DNA of 64,000 nucleotides from Octopus sinensis (taxonomy: Eukaryota), in contig NC_042999.1 in assembly GCF_006345805.1 (NCBI RefSeq), positions 74,524,001-74,588,000 of the forward strand. The letters run 5' to 3'. Shown one piece after another: positions 1 to 11,538 of this stretch. The first letter of the stretch is position 1, and each line of letters begins with the position of its first letter. The notes below the pieces were generated by a model. The model searched no databases, had not been told where the DNA came from, and saw only the letters and a program-made list of their open reading frames with translations. The position numbers and the translations under genes were made by a program.

Positions 1-2230
1 GAGACAGACTAGAGAGGATTTTATAGCCAAGTAAATTTTGGAGAAGAAAGTACTAAAGATGAGAAACCTAATGTAGAGAAGCTAGAAAGTTCTGGAGCAA
101 TATCTTGGCTATTCCAGTCAATAATGATGTAGATGTAGCATGGTTAAAGAAGGTAAGGCAAAAAGTAATCAGTGAGAAGCAGCTACATCTAAGATTAGTG
201 TATTAATGAAGAAAGTGTTAGGAAAAATGCCCAATTGGAAGGGCCCAGGACTAATTTAAGGGTACTAATTAAAGAAACTTAGTAGCTTATATGGGAGACT
301 GAGGGAAAAACTTCATGATTGCCTTAATGGAGGAGGAAATGGTTAGATGTATGCATGATCTATTATACATAGACAAAGCAGTTCTAAATGCAGTAAAATC
401 TAGGAAGAAAAATTTAACAATAGCAAGGATAGACTATAAGAAAACTTATACAACATTCTACATTCATGGATAAGTAAATGTTTGATAATATGCAGTACTG
501 CAGACAACATATGAGAACTAATTAGATTTAGCATGAAGAAATGGAAAGTAGTACTCTACTAAGATGATACAGCATTAGGAAAAGAGAGTAAATTTCCAAG
601 GAGACTTGGGATTTTCCAAGGAGATTTGTTATCCTATTTAATATTTATCGTATGTTTATTCCCCTTCAGTTTATTATTAAGGGAGGCAAAGGCAGGGTGT
701 CAGTTCAGAAATAGTAAAGGTAAAATTAACCACTTGCTTTACATGGGTGATCTGAAATATTTTAGTAAGAATAAAAGAGAGATAGGTTCCATAATACAAG
801 CAGTAAGATACCTCAGCAAAAATATAAGTATGGGATCTGGCATAGATAAGTGTACAATATTAGTCATGAAAAAGGGACAAGTAGTGAGCAGTGAAGGTAT
901 CCTTAACACCAGATGACCAGACCTTAAAATCACTGACAGAAGGAAAGAGTTATAAGTAATTAAATGCACAAGAATCTGACAGATTACAAACTACAGAAAT
1001 GAAAGAGAAAATTGAGAAGGAATACATAGGAAAGGTGAGAAAGCTAATGAAGTCAGATCTAAATGGTTCAAATCTAGTAAAGACTGTAAATACTTGGGAA
1101 GCATCACTATTGAGAAATTCCGCACCTTTTGTAGATTATACAAAATCTGAATTTGTAAAAGAAATTCTTTATGAACAGAGGACTTCATCTAAATGCAGGA
1201 ATAGCAAGATTATATTTACCTAGAAATGGAAGGTGGTAAACATTTAATATTAATAGAAGACTGTGTGGAATTAATTAGAGTAGATATAGCCTCCTATGTA
1301 GGTAACAGTGAAGAAAGTTTATTAAGAAATGCTAGAGAAACAGTAGGAGATAGGGAACCAAAAAGCTAAATGAAGTTAAAAACAAGGAAAAGAAGAAAGA
1401 TTATCTGACTGACAAGAGAATACTTTGCATGGTAGATTCCCAAATATAGTTGCAGGAAATAGTAATAGTGAGACAAGGTTATGGTGGTAGAAAGGAAGGC
1501 AGAAAAAGAGGCAAGATGTTTGTTAGTAGCAGCACAAGATCAAGCATTGAGTACTAAGTAGATAAGAGCCAAGACAGACAAAAATCAAGTAGACTCCCAA
1601 TGTAGGTTATGTAAATCAAAGGAAGAGAGTGTTCCTTAGATAGTGAATGCTGTATGCTGGCACAGAAAGAATGCAAGAAAAGCTATGATAACCTAAGGAG
1701 ATTAATCCACTAGAAGTTATGTAGAAAGCTATGATTTGACCATACTGAGAAGTGATATGCACATGAACCTTACTAGAAAGTAAAAAATATAAGATGTAGG
1801 ATTTTAACATTCAGATTGACAGAGCAATAAAAGCTAGAAGGCCTGATTTTGTAGACAAAGAGAATAGAAAGTGTCAGATATTTGACTTTACAATTCTGAA
1901 TAGTGAGAAAGTCAATTTGAAAGATATAAAGAAAATAACAACATACCAGGTACTAGCCATTGAGTTTTGGGGGCTATGAAAAATGTGTGTGTAAAATGTA
2001 TTCTTGTAATTATTAGTGTATTAGGAACTATTCCTAAAGATTAGAACAAATGGCTAGAGGAAATAAGCATAAAACCTAGTTTTGTGCAGCTCCAGAAAGC
2101 ACTATTATTAGGGACAGCTAGGAAACTTAGGAAGGTTCTAAGGCATCTAAAGTTACTTGTTGTAGCCTGATATTGAGAATTTATTTCAGCAGTCTAATCA
2201 GACGTGTGTAAATAGAATAATAATAATAAA
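1..2230 (+). mobile_element. Decayed R4/Dong-like non-LTR retrotransposon (RT, CCHC finger, restriction-like endonuclease)
   Basis: GIFQGD.LS, INHLLYM(G)DLK, AAQDQAL, CRLC, and a degraded WDF.IQ.D...ARRPD motif read across frames; many stops; ends in (TAA)n near 2215. Confidence 0.8.
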
Positions 2231-2719
2231 AAAAATAGAGTGGACAGTGAGCAGAAGGGGAAAGTTTCATAAGAATGTGAGGAGAGATGGTTTAGTCAGG
2301 ATAGGAGTGACTGTAATAATTGATGGTGAAAGAGACAGGAGTGGCTTTGAGTTGGTTATGTTAGATATGTGAGGACATTGGGAGTGAGAGAGAGTGAAAT
2401 AAGAGTTAAAGATGGAGTATAACAGATGAGAGAAGGCTTGGCAGGGGAGGATAATAAGGAATGGAAGTGGCTCTGGGATAGGGGAGAAAATAGGAAGGTA
2501 ATGAATGGGAAGGGGTGTAGTATGTCCCTATTCTGCTCTCAGGTGATTATAGAAGTCAATACCAGAGATAAAGAAGTGATGAGTGTTAGGGATTGAGATG
2601 TAGGGGAAAATCTTGATGGGGTAGTGAGAATGGAAGTGGGGCTGAATTCCTGCATATACAAGCATTAACCAAGGTGGTTTTAGGATATTAGTTCTGTTAT
2701 TGTGGATGGATCTTTCCCA

Positions 2720-4640
2720 GCACAGCAAGGCACCAGTCACTTGTCATCTCCATAAGACTCAGCATTTTGAGATGGGCCTCCAATACTTCATCCCATGTCT
2801 TCCTAGGTCTACCTCTTCCAAAAGCTCCATTCACTTCAAGTGATTGGCATTTCTTTATGCAGCTGTCCTTGTCTACATGCATCACATGATCAAATCAGTG
2901 CAGTTTCTCTCTTGCATACTACATCTAATTCATCTTCCTGCATAACGAGTGACTGGACCATATCATACTCTACTAGATATTTTAAGCATTTCAGTAGAAA
3001 CTCCTAATGGACCAATGCACTAACTCCCAGTTTTACTTGTACAGCGATGTGGCCAATAGAACATACTGGTTCCATTACTCTGACGTCTTCATGTGTTCTC
3101 TGCATGTAAGGCCCACATCTCACTACCATGCAGCATTACTGTTTGTACACAAGCATCATACAATCTTACATTCAGAGAGAGAGAGAGAACGAGAGAGAGA
3201 GAGATCTTTGGTTACCAACAGAGGTAAAAGCTCTTTGAATTTTCTCCATTCTATTTTCATTCTAACAGTTATACTTTTGGAACATCCTCTTCCCCTGCTA
3301 ATTAGTTCACCTAGAGAACAGAAATTATCTACAACCTTCTGTACATCTTTCACACAAAAAAAAACTATTTTCTCCATTAACCCTCCAGTGATTCCACTGC
3401 AATTCTTGTGTGTCCATAGCCTGCACTTGGTTCATTGAATGGAATTCCTGCCTACATCTTATATATGTAGCAGAGTCATTCATCTGAAGTGGGTAGGGTT
3501 CTGTCTACATTTTTGCTCACTAAAACCATGGTCTTTGCTAAGTCAACTTTAAGACCCTTCAGTTCCTGGAATTCCTTTTCTAGTTCTGTTACAGAATCTG
3601 CGATGAAAGCAAAATCATCAGCATCTCATGGGAAATCAGACTTGAATTCCTCTGTTATGGCCTGGAGGATAATGATGAATGAAGTGGGGGCATTGAGAAC
3701 TGAGCTTGGGGAACACCTGCCTATACACTAAATTCTTCACTGTATTCAAGGCTAATACTTACATAGCTAACAGCACTCCTGTACATAGCCTGTATCACTT
3801 TTACAAGGCATTCATCTATCCCTAGATTCCTTAGAGACCACCATATCAATGAGTGAGGTACTCTGTTGAAGGCTTTCTCTAGGTCAACAAATGCCAAGTA
3901 CAACAGTTTATTCTTAGCTAAATACTTCTCTTGTATATAGTTACCTGACTATGAAAATAGCATCAGTAGTGCTTCTCCTTGGAACAAAACCGAACTACAT
4001 TTCATCTAGTCTAATTCTGTTCCTAATTAATTAAGCTATAACTCTCTCCATGAGTTTCATCACCAGATCCAGCAATTTGATGTCTCTATAATTACTTTTG
4101 AGGTATCTATCTCCCTTACCCTTGAGAGCAGCTGACTATCATACTGCTATACCAGTAATTGTGGATGACATCCTCCCGAATAACAAGTGACTAGACCATA
4201 TCATACTCTACTAGATATTTTAAGCATCTTAGTAGTAACTCCTAATGGACCAGAGAATTTCTCTGTCTTCATATCCTTAATTACCTATCATACTGCTGTC
4301 AGCTAGGATAGCTGGTCCCTCTGTTGGGTTCTCATAGTGAAAACTCTTTCCCATTCATCATTATCATTGACGTCAGTTCTGCTGTGGTGGATGGGTTTTC
4401 TTGAGTAAAGCAAAGTGCCAGATATTTCAGTCCTTTGTCATCTCCTTCATAAGGCACAGAGAATGACCTTCAGTTCTTCATCCTATGTCTTCCTGAGCCT
4501 CCCTCTTCCACAAGTTTCATCCACTTTAAATGATTGGCACTTCTTTATGCAACTGTCCATATCTATACGCATCACACGACCAAACCAGTGGTCTTACAGT
4601 CTTCTTTCTTGCACACTAGTAAATATGACCAGCATACAAA
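2720..4640 (-). mobile_element. RTE-clade LINE fragments (RT and C-terminus), several pieces
   Basis: ORF fragments YLAFVDLEKAFNRVP and GRGRPRKTWDEV; stops and rearrangements. Confidence 0.8.
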
Positions 4641-4769
4641 AAGATTTTGATGTCAAACAGAATAATAAAGTTTAGGGAGTGGCAATATACCTGAGTTAGT
4701 GTGTGTAAGTGTGTGTGAGTGTGTGTGTGTGTGTGTATGTGTGTGGTACATGAAGACATGAAGATGAGG

Positions 4770-4925
4770 TTAAAACAAACGGTATATTAGGTTTATACTC
4801 AGGGAGAATTAGAAGTCTTCTATGTTTTGAGCCTATGCTCTTCTATGTAAAGAATACATGAAGTGGAAAAAATGGAGAAAGAAACGAATAAGTATGTCTC
4901 AATTAGCAGTAGTCCCCACATACTG
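4770..4925 (-). mobile_element. Degenerate copy of the short hammerhead-bearing element
   Basis: ctatgttttgagcctatgctcttc is homologous to the 8876-8910 motif; lies next to (TA)n. Confidence 0.5.
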
Positions 4926-4944
4926 AAAGTATATGATACATGAT

Positions 4945-5140
<196 letters not shown>

Positions 5141-5373
5141 GATTTAGAGATTTTTAATAAACATGCACCTTATTATAATAAAGCCCTGCATGAGGCAGGA
5201 TATCTGAATTATGATAAATCTTATTTAGGTATCTATCATCTTAATAATAATAGGTATTTTGATAATGTAAATCATACATTTAATATTGGTATAAAAATAG
5301 AAATAGAAATAAAAATAAAAATAAAAATACGATAAAATTTAATGAAGATGATAAATTAATAATATTACAAAAA

Positions 5374-5471
<98 letters not shown>

Positions 5472-6311
5472 TAATAATAATAATAATAATAATATAAAAG
5501 ATAAAAATAAAATATGGTTAATCGTTCCTTTTGGGGCGGCTCAGGTTAAAACAAATCTTATTAAAGAAATTTAAAATATAATTGAAATATTCATTAGAGA
5601 TAATAACAAATATTATAACACTTATTCTAATAATAATTTTGGAGTTGGGTATTCATCTGCTAATAATGTTGGTAACATTATTTCTTCATTTAATACATTT
5701 AAATTAAATAAATTCTATAAAGATAGATAAAATATCGATTCCAATAATAATAATAAAGACCAAGATTTAATTCATTGTACATGTAGGGATAAGACTACAT
5801 GTAATTTTAATAATAATTGTAATTTAGATAATGTACTCTATAAGTGTATGGTAACTTTATAGTTGATAAGAATTTTAATTATCATAATTTAAGCACTATT
5901 TATATAGAGTACACTTCGAATAAATTTAAATCAAGAGTATCTCAATATATGTAATCTTTTAGGAATAAAAATCTAAGAAATTCAACAGGTCTCAGTAAAA
6001 ATATTTTTGGGACCATAAATCTAGATCTATTAGATATAAATTAACTTGGGAGATTATTTGTAGGGCTAAGTCATATTGTACAGGGAGTAATTATTATTCA
6101 CTGGATAATAACTAATTCAAAGAAATATTATTTAATAACAATTATGTGTTGGTAAACTCATTGGAGGAACGTAAAACTAAATGTAAACATAAATTAAATT
6201 ACCTATATAATAGGTTTAGCTAATAAATAAATGATTATATAAATTTATTAAGATATGTTAATTATAGTAATATAAATAAATTTAAATATAAAATATATAT
6301 TTTATATATAT

Positions 6312-6455
6312 GCGGGCAGCAGCATCGAACTCCCTTGTTGATCAAGTGCCACGTATCAGAGGTGGATTCACAAACTAGTGTAGCTCATTCAGCGGTGGTG
6401 CCCCAGCATGGCCGCGGCCTTCGGGCTAAAACATTTTTAAGGATTTAAGGATTTA
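6312..6455 (+). mobile_element. SINE 3' portion with (TTAAGGA)n tail
   Basis: Contains ggtgccccagcatggccgc, shared with 10585-10620; inserted in the Penelope-like element. Confidence 0.55.
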
Positions 6456-7117
6456 TATATATTTTACTTACTTATTTAGACTTTAAATTTATAGTAAATA
6501 GTCATTTAAAATTAAATGCTAGCATAAATTTATTTACCTATATAATATGTTTAACTTATTTTTCAGTATGCATAAAACCTTATTTCTTTTTATGATATTT
6601 ATTTCTTGTAGATATAATTTAATAGTATTAGAGTAGAATTTACTATATTATTATATGTTATATTAATATATTTGAACAATTTTAAACTTAGATATTTCTT
6701 AATACATAAATGATTATATATAATTTATTAAGACCTATTAATTATAGTAATATAAATTAATTTAATATTATATGTATATTTTACGTAATAATTATTTGGA
6801 ACTTAATTTATAGTAACTGTCATTTATAGTAAAATGTCTTTATAGTTAAATGTCATTTGTTATTCCATTTTTCTATTTTTCTTTAATTCATGAAGCTTAA
6901 ATATTTTTCGTCTTTTTCATTAATAAATAGTTTTCGTCAATTTCATTGATAATTTTATTCTATTTGTTTACACAACGTCTTCACGAGTTTAATTTCTTAT
7001 AAACGCTAAGACCTACATTTTTACGTTTAAAATTCAGTTATATTATTTTCATCGACAAGCTAAGTAACGTTTTTTTATTTAACAATATTATTTAACTTTT
7101 GAATTGTATTAAGTTTG

Positions 7118-7157
<40 letters not shown>

Positions 7158-7894
7158 TATTATTATTATTAGTAGTAGTAGTAGTAGTAGTAGTAGTATT
7201 GTTATCATTATTGTTGTTAAAATATTAATTTTATATATAATTTCATGATAATTACTAGTTGTGATATGTATATCTATTTATTTACTATGCTTTATTATTA
7301 TTTTTAAAATGTGATTTAACGTATTACATATAATTTAATTTGAGAATTAGTTTTGTAAGACAATACATTATTTAATAATTAGGTGGTATATTTGTTACGT
7401 AGTATTACATTTAAGTATATTAGTTTTATATTAATTGATATTTTGGTTAAATATATTATTGAGTAAAATATTAAATCTATAGATATCACATATATATTAA
7501 TAATATAGTTAGTTTATCTAATAGGTGTGTATATATTTTAACCATTTCCTATTTTTAATTCCAATATTTATAGCTTGTACTAACATTATGTATATTACTT
7601 AATATTAAGGTTTTTAATATAAATTACTTAATGAGTATAAAACTTTATTTAGATGTCTATTAAATGAATAAATAAATAAATAATTTAATTTAATGTATAT
7701 CGTTTAAATTATAGTATTTAGTTTTCACTTAATGCATATTTTGTATCTTATATATATATTTGTTTTAAATATTTTAATTAATTGTATCTTATCTTTTAAA
7801 CAAGAATATATTCAAGATATTTCGTATTTTACAAGATTATTTATGTATATTTATTAATTTATGTAATTAATTATTCTATTATTGTTGTTACCTT

Positions 7895-8001
7895 TAACCT
7901 GAAGAGTGGCTATATTTATATTGAAGTGATTTTACTACTACTACTACTATTATTTTTACTATTATCATTTCTTAAATATAGCCACGGAACACGTGTCGTT
8001 A
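7895..8001 (+). ncRNA. Type I hammerhead ribozyme motif with long stem II (one core substitution)
   Basis: taac-CTGAAGA-gtggctatattta...taaatatagccac-GGAA-cacgtg-TC-gtta: stem I 4 bp, stem II 13 bp, palindromic stem III, GUC cleavage triplet; GAAA is GGAA. Confidence 0.7.
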
Positions 8002-8261
8002 TTCTACCAAATTTATACGTTTTATTTATCATTTTACACATTACTTAATTATCGTTATATGCTTTATCTTATATTTAATCTTTCTATAATATGTAATTTT
8101 TCTAAATGGTATAATTTAATTTTTCATTATTGAATTGATAAAAGGTGTTTTTTTTCTAATTTACATATATATATATGATATTTTGTGAAATTTAATTTTA
8201 TATTTCGAATTGAATTTTTCCCTGTAATTTTGGAATAATATTTCCTCATACTATTATTGTT

Positions 8262-8294
<33 letters not shown>

Positions 8295-8296
8295 TA

Positions 8297-8350
<54 letters not shown>

Positions 8351-8664
8351 GTATATATATATATATAATATATACATATATATACATATATACATATATA
8401 TAAGTAACTCATTTTTAATTGCATATTACCTCAATACATCTGACTAATATAGGCAGAATGAGATACCTTTATATAGAGGCTGAAACAGCTGTAGGATCAA
8501 TTTTATGTGTATTATTCTTATGGTATTATTATCTTACATATTGATGTAAATTGTTTTGTTTTGTTGGATTTGGATCTTCCTATTTATGTAGTTAATAAAT
8601 AATATGAATTGGTAATATTTGTAAGTCGATGATCGAAATGAATCTGTTCCTCCATTTTCTTATT

Positions 8665-8745
<81 letters not shown>

Positions 8746-8761
8746 CTATCTATATATATAT

Positions 8762-8990
8762 ATATGCATATAAAGTTAATCCAAACATGAAAACACAAAG
8801 AGAAAACACAACAACGCGAGGACGTGGAACAAATATAGTATTATTGGACGCTCAGGAAGGAAGGGAAGACGGAGGGTTTAACGTTTCGAGCGGAGCTCTT
8901 CGTCAGAAACATAGGAAAAGGAAAGATCCAGAGAAGGGAAGACGGAGAAAAAAATCGCTAACGGTACACACGCGGTCACATTTTGAATGT
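8762..8990 (-). mobile_element. ~225-bp Penelope-related element in (TA)n carrying a minimal hammerhead
   Basis: Homologous to 15840-16030 (+), 4770-4925, 35995-36170 and 36985-37130; flanked on both sides by (TA)n. Confidence 0.7.
8876..8910 (-). ncRNA. Minimal type I hammerhead ribozyme motif
   Basis: Minus strand reads GUUU-CUGACGA-A-GAGC-UCC-GCUC-GAA-ACGU-U-AAAC: complete core, 4-bp stems I and II, palindromic ACGU stem III. Confidence 0.8.
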
Positions 8991-9004
8991 ATATATATAT
9001 ATAT

Positions 9005-10187
9005 ACATAAAAAATAGTAAAGAGTGAAAAAACGACAGAAGGCTTAAATGTTAAAAAATATATATATTTGCGTCAATATGTCTGAAGAATATTAGAAAAT
9101 TTTTTAAACAAATTTTTTTTTTTTTTTTTTCCTTTATAATGACATAATTTTTAAAGAAAGACCGGTTTCGCATTTAGCTTTTCAAATTTCTTGTGACGTT
9201 ATGTTTATGTTTAATAGAGTTATCCTTGTGTTTAGGCTCCGGAGAGTTCTAAACAAGGGAAGGTAGTGGATGATTTCTTCCGGTGTAAGGGAGATAATCG
9301 CTTAAAAATTTTTTTCCTTTCCCTTAATGTGAATTTCTCTGTACCAGTATGTTCGGATGGTTGAGTCTGGGCTTGTACTTTTCAATGAAGAATGTTTCCT
9401 TGTTTAGTCTAATTTGTGTTGATGATCCGAAAGCACATTGGTAAAATGGAAAGATTAAAAATTGTGGTAGTAGTTGCTTTGCGCATTTCTCAATGTGCTC
9501 ACTAAAAGGTATCATTCTATATTCTGGGAATGCAATCTGTTGTCGATGCAGTGTGCATCTACGTCTGAGTGATAGTCCCGTGGAACCCACGTAGTCTTGG
9601 TGGCAGCCCGAGCATTTTATGACATAAATTATGTTTTCAGAGGCACAAGTAAAGTTAGATTTGATCTTGAATTTCTGTCCCTCTTTAAAGAGGAATTCTG
9701 ATCCTTCTAGCAGGTTAGGACATGTTGCACAGTTCGATCTACCACATTTTTTTACTTTTGCATCCCTAATTTCAGAAGACAATTTTGCCTTTGTGAGAAT
9801 CTTTTTAAGTGATTTAGGCTGTTTGTAGCTTTTAATGATTTGGTGTATGGTACAGAGAAATTCACATTAAGAGAAACGAAAAAAATTTTTAAGCGATTAT
9901 CTCCCTTACACCGGAAGAAATCACCCACTACCTTCCCTTGTTTAGAACTCTCCGGAGCTTAAACACAAGGATAACTCTATTAAACATAAACATAACGTCA
10001 CAAGAAATTTGAAAAGCTAAATGCGAAACCGGTCTTTCTTTAAAAATTATGTCATTATAAAGGAAAAAAAAAAAAAATTGTTTAAAAAATTTTCTAATAT
10101 TCTTCAGACATATTGACGCAAATATATATATTTTTTAACATTTAAGCCTTCTGTCGTTTTTTCACTCTTTACTATTTTTTATATATT
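9005..10187 (-). mobile_element. Penelope-like element 3' end: open GIY-YIG ORF (9324-9782) between ~340-bp inverted repeats
   Basis: CGRSNCATC...FTCASENIIYVIKCSGC...YVGSTG..LRRR..LH...SEH (GIY-YIG with CCHH); 9005-9346 is the reverse complement of 9848-10187. Confidence 0.85.
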
Positions 10188-10259
10188 CACCCACGTGCTT
10201 TCACAAACCAACTTTCTTATCTATATATATACATATATATTTTCATATATATATATATA

Positions 10260-10300
<41 letters not shown>

Positions 10301-10358
10301 TATATAGACATGTATACATACATATATACATACATATATATATATATACATATATACA

Positions 10359-10396
<38 letters not shown>

Positions 10397-10420
10397 TTAT
10401 ATATATATATATATATATAG

Positions 10421-10635
10421 TAGAGGCGCAATGGCCTAGTGGTTAGGGCAGCGGACTCGCGGTCGCAGGATCGCGGTTTCGATTCTCAGACTGGGCGTTG
10501 TGTGTGTTTATTGAGCGAAAACACCTAAAAGCTCTACGAGGCTCCGGCAGGGGGTGGTGATCCCTGCTGTACTCTTTCACCACAATGGCGGTGCCCCAGC
10601 ATGGCCACAGCTCAAGAGCTGAAACTGGAAAAAAC
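10421..10635 (+). mobile_element. tRNA-derived SINE
   Basis: Head ggcgcaatggcctagtggttagggcagcggac...gtttcgattc with A-box and B-box-like motifs, followed by a non-tRNA body. Confidence 0.75.
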
Positions 10636-10791
10636 AAAAACAAAAACAAACAAATATATATGTTTGTTGAAATGGAAAGATGAATTATCTTGTTACGGAT
10701 TATTCAAAAGTTTAACCGATACCTGGGTAGCAAAAATCACAGCAGAAAAAACACGGTTGGAGTTATGACCATAGGGTGTTGCAACCGTGCG

Positions 10792-10891
10792 NNNNNNNNN
10801 NNNNNNNNNNNNNNNNNNNNNNNNNNNNNNNNNNNNNNNNNNNNNNNNNNNNNNNNNNNNNNNNNNNNNNNNNNNNNNNNNNNNNNNNNNN
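10792..10891. other. Assembly gap (100 N)
   Basis: Run of N. Confidence 1.
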
Positions 10892-11318
10892 TATCTATAA
10901 GATATATATATAAGTAGATATATATATATATATAAGTATGGTATATATATATATATATAATTATAATATATAAGTATATATATCTTATATATAAGTATAT
11001 ATTATATAAGTATATATATATATAAGTATATTATATATAGTATATATATATATAAGTATATAGATATATAAGTATATATATATATAAGCTATATATATAA
11101 TATTATATATATATATATAAGTATAGTATAAGTATATATATATATATATATAAGTATATAATAATATATATCATATACATATATATATATATTTATATAC
11201 ATATATATATATATAAGTATATATATATATAATATATATATATAATACATAATATATATAAGTAAGTATATCTTTATATATATATATATATTATATATAC
11301 ATATATATATATAAGTAT

Positions 11319-11354
<36 letters not shown>

Positions 11355-11538
11355 AGTATATATATCTATATATATAAGTATATATTTATATATATATATA
11401 TTAAGTATATATAATTATATATATAAGTATATATATATATATATATATAAAGTATATAGATATATATATATATAAGTATATATATATATATAAGATATAT
11501 ATATATATATTATATATAAGTATATATATATAAGTATA
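10892..11538. repeat. Degenerate (TA)n/(TAAG) microsatellite
   Basis: Direct reading, next to the gap. Confidence 0.9.

Larger units (their letters stand above)
5141..8170 (+). mobile_element. Very AT-rich 5'-truncated Penelope-like element (RT end, GIY-YIG, long 3' region)
   Basis: HCTCRDKTTCNFNNNCNLDNVLYKC, NSTGLSK, KLTWEIICRAKSYCTGSN and KCKHKLNY motifs; homologous to 18270-20260; internal (TAA)n expansion at 5375-5495. Confidence 0.7.

Noticed and set aside
1-2170. RIP-like CpA-to-TpA hypermutation in TA-rich relics
   Set aside because: Trp codons decayed to TAG and TGA about equally, which fits general AT-biased drift; a consensus comparison would be needed.
10421-10500. tRNA gene
   Set aside because: No acceptor stem closure; continues into a SINE body.
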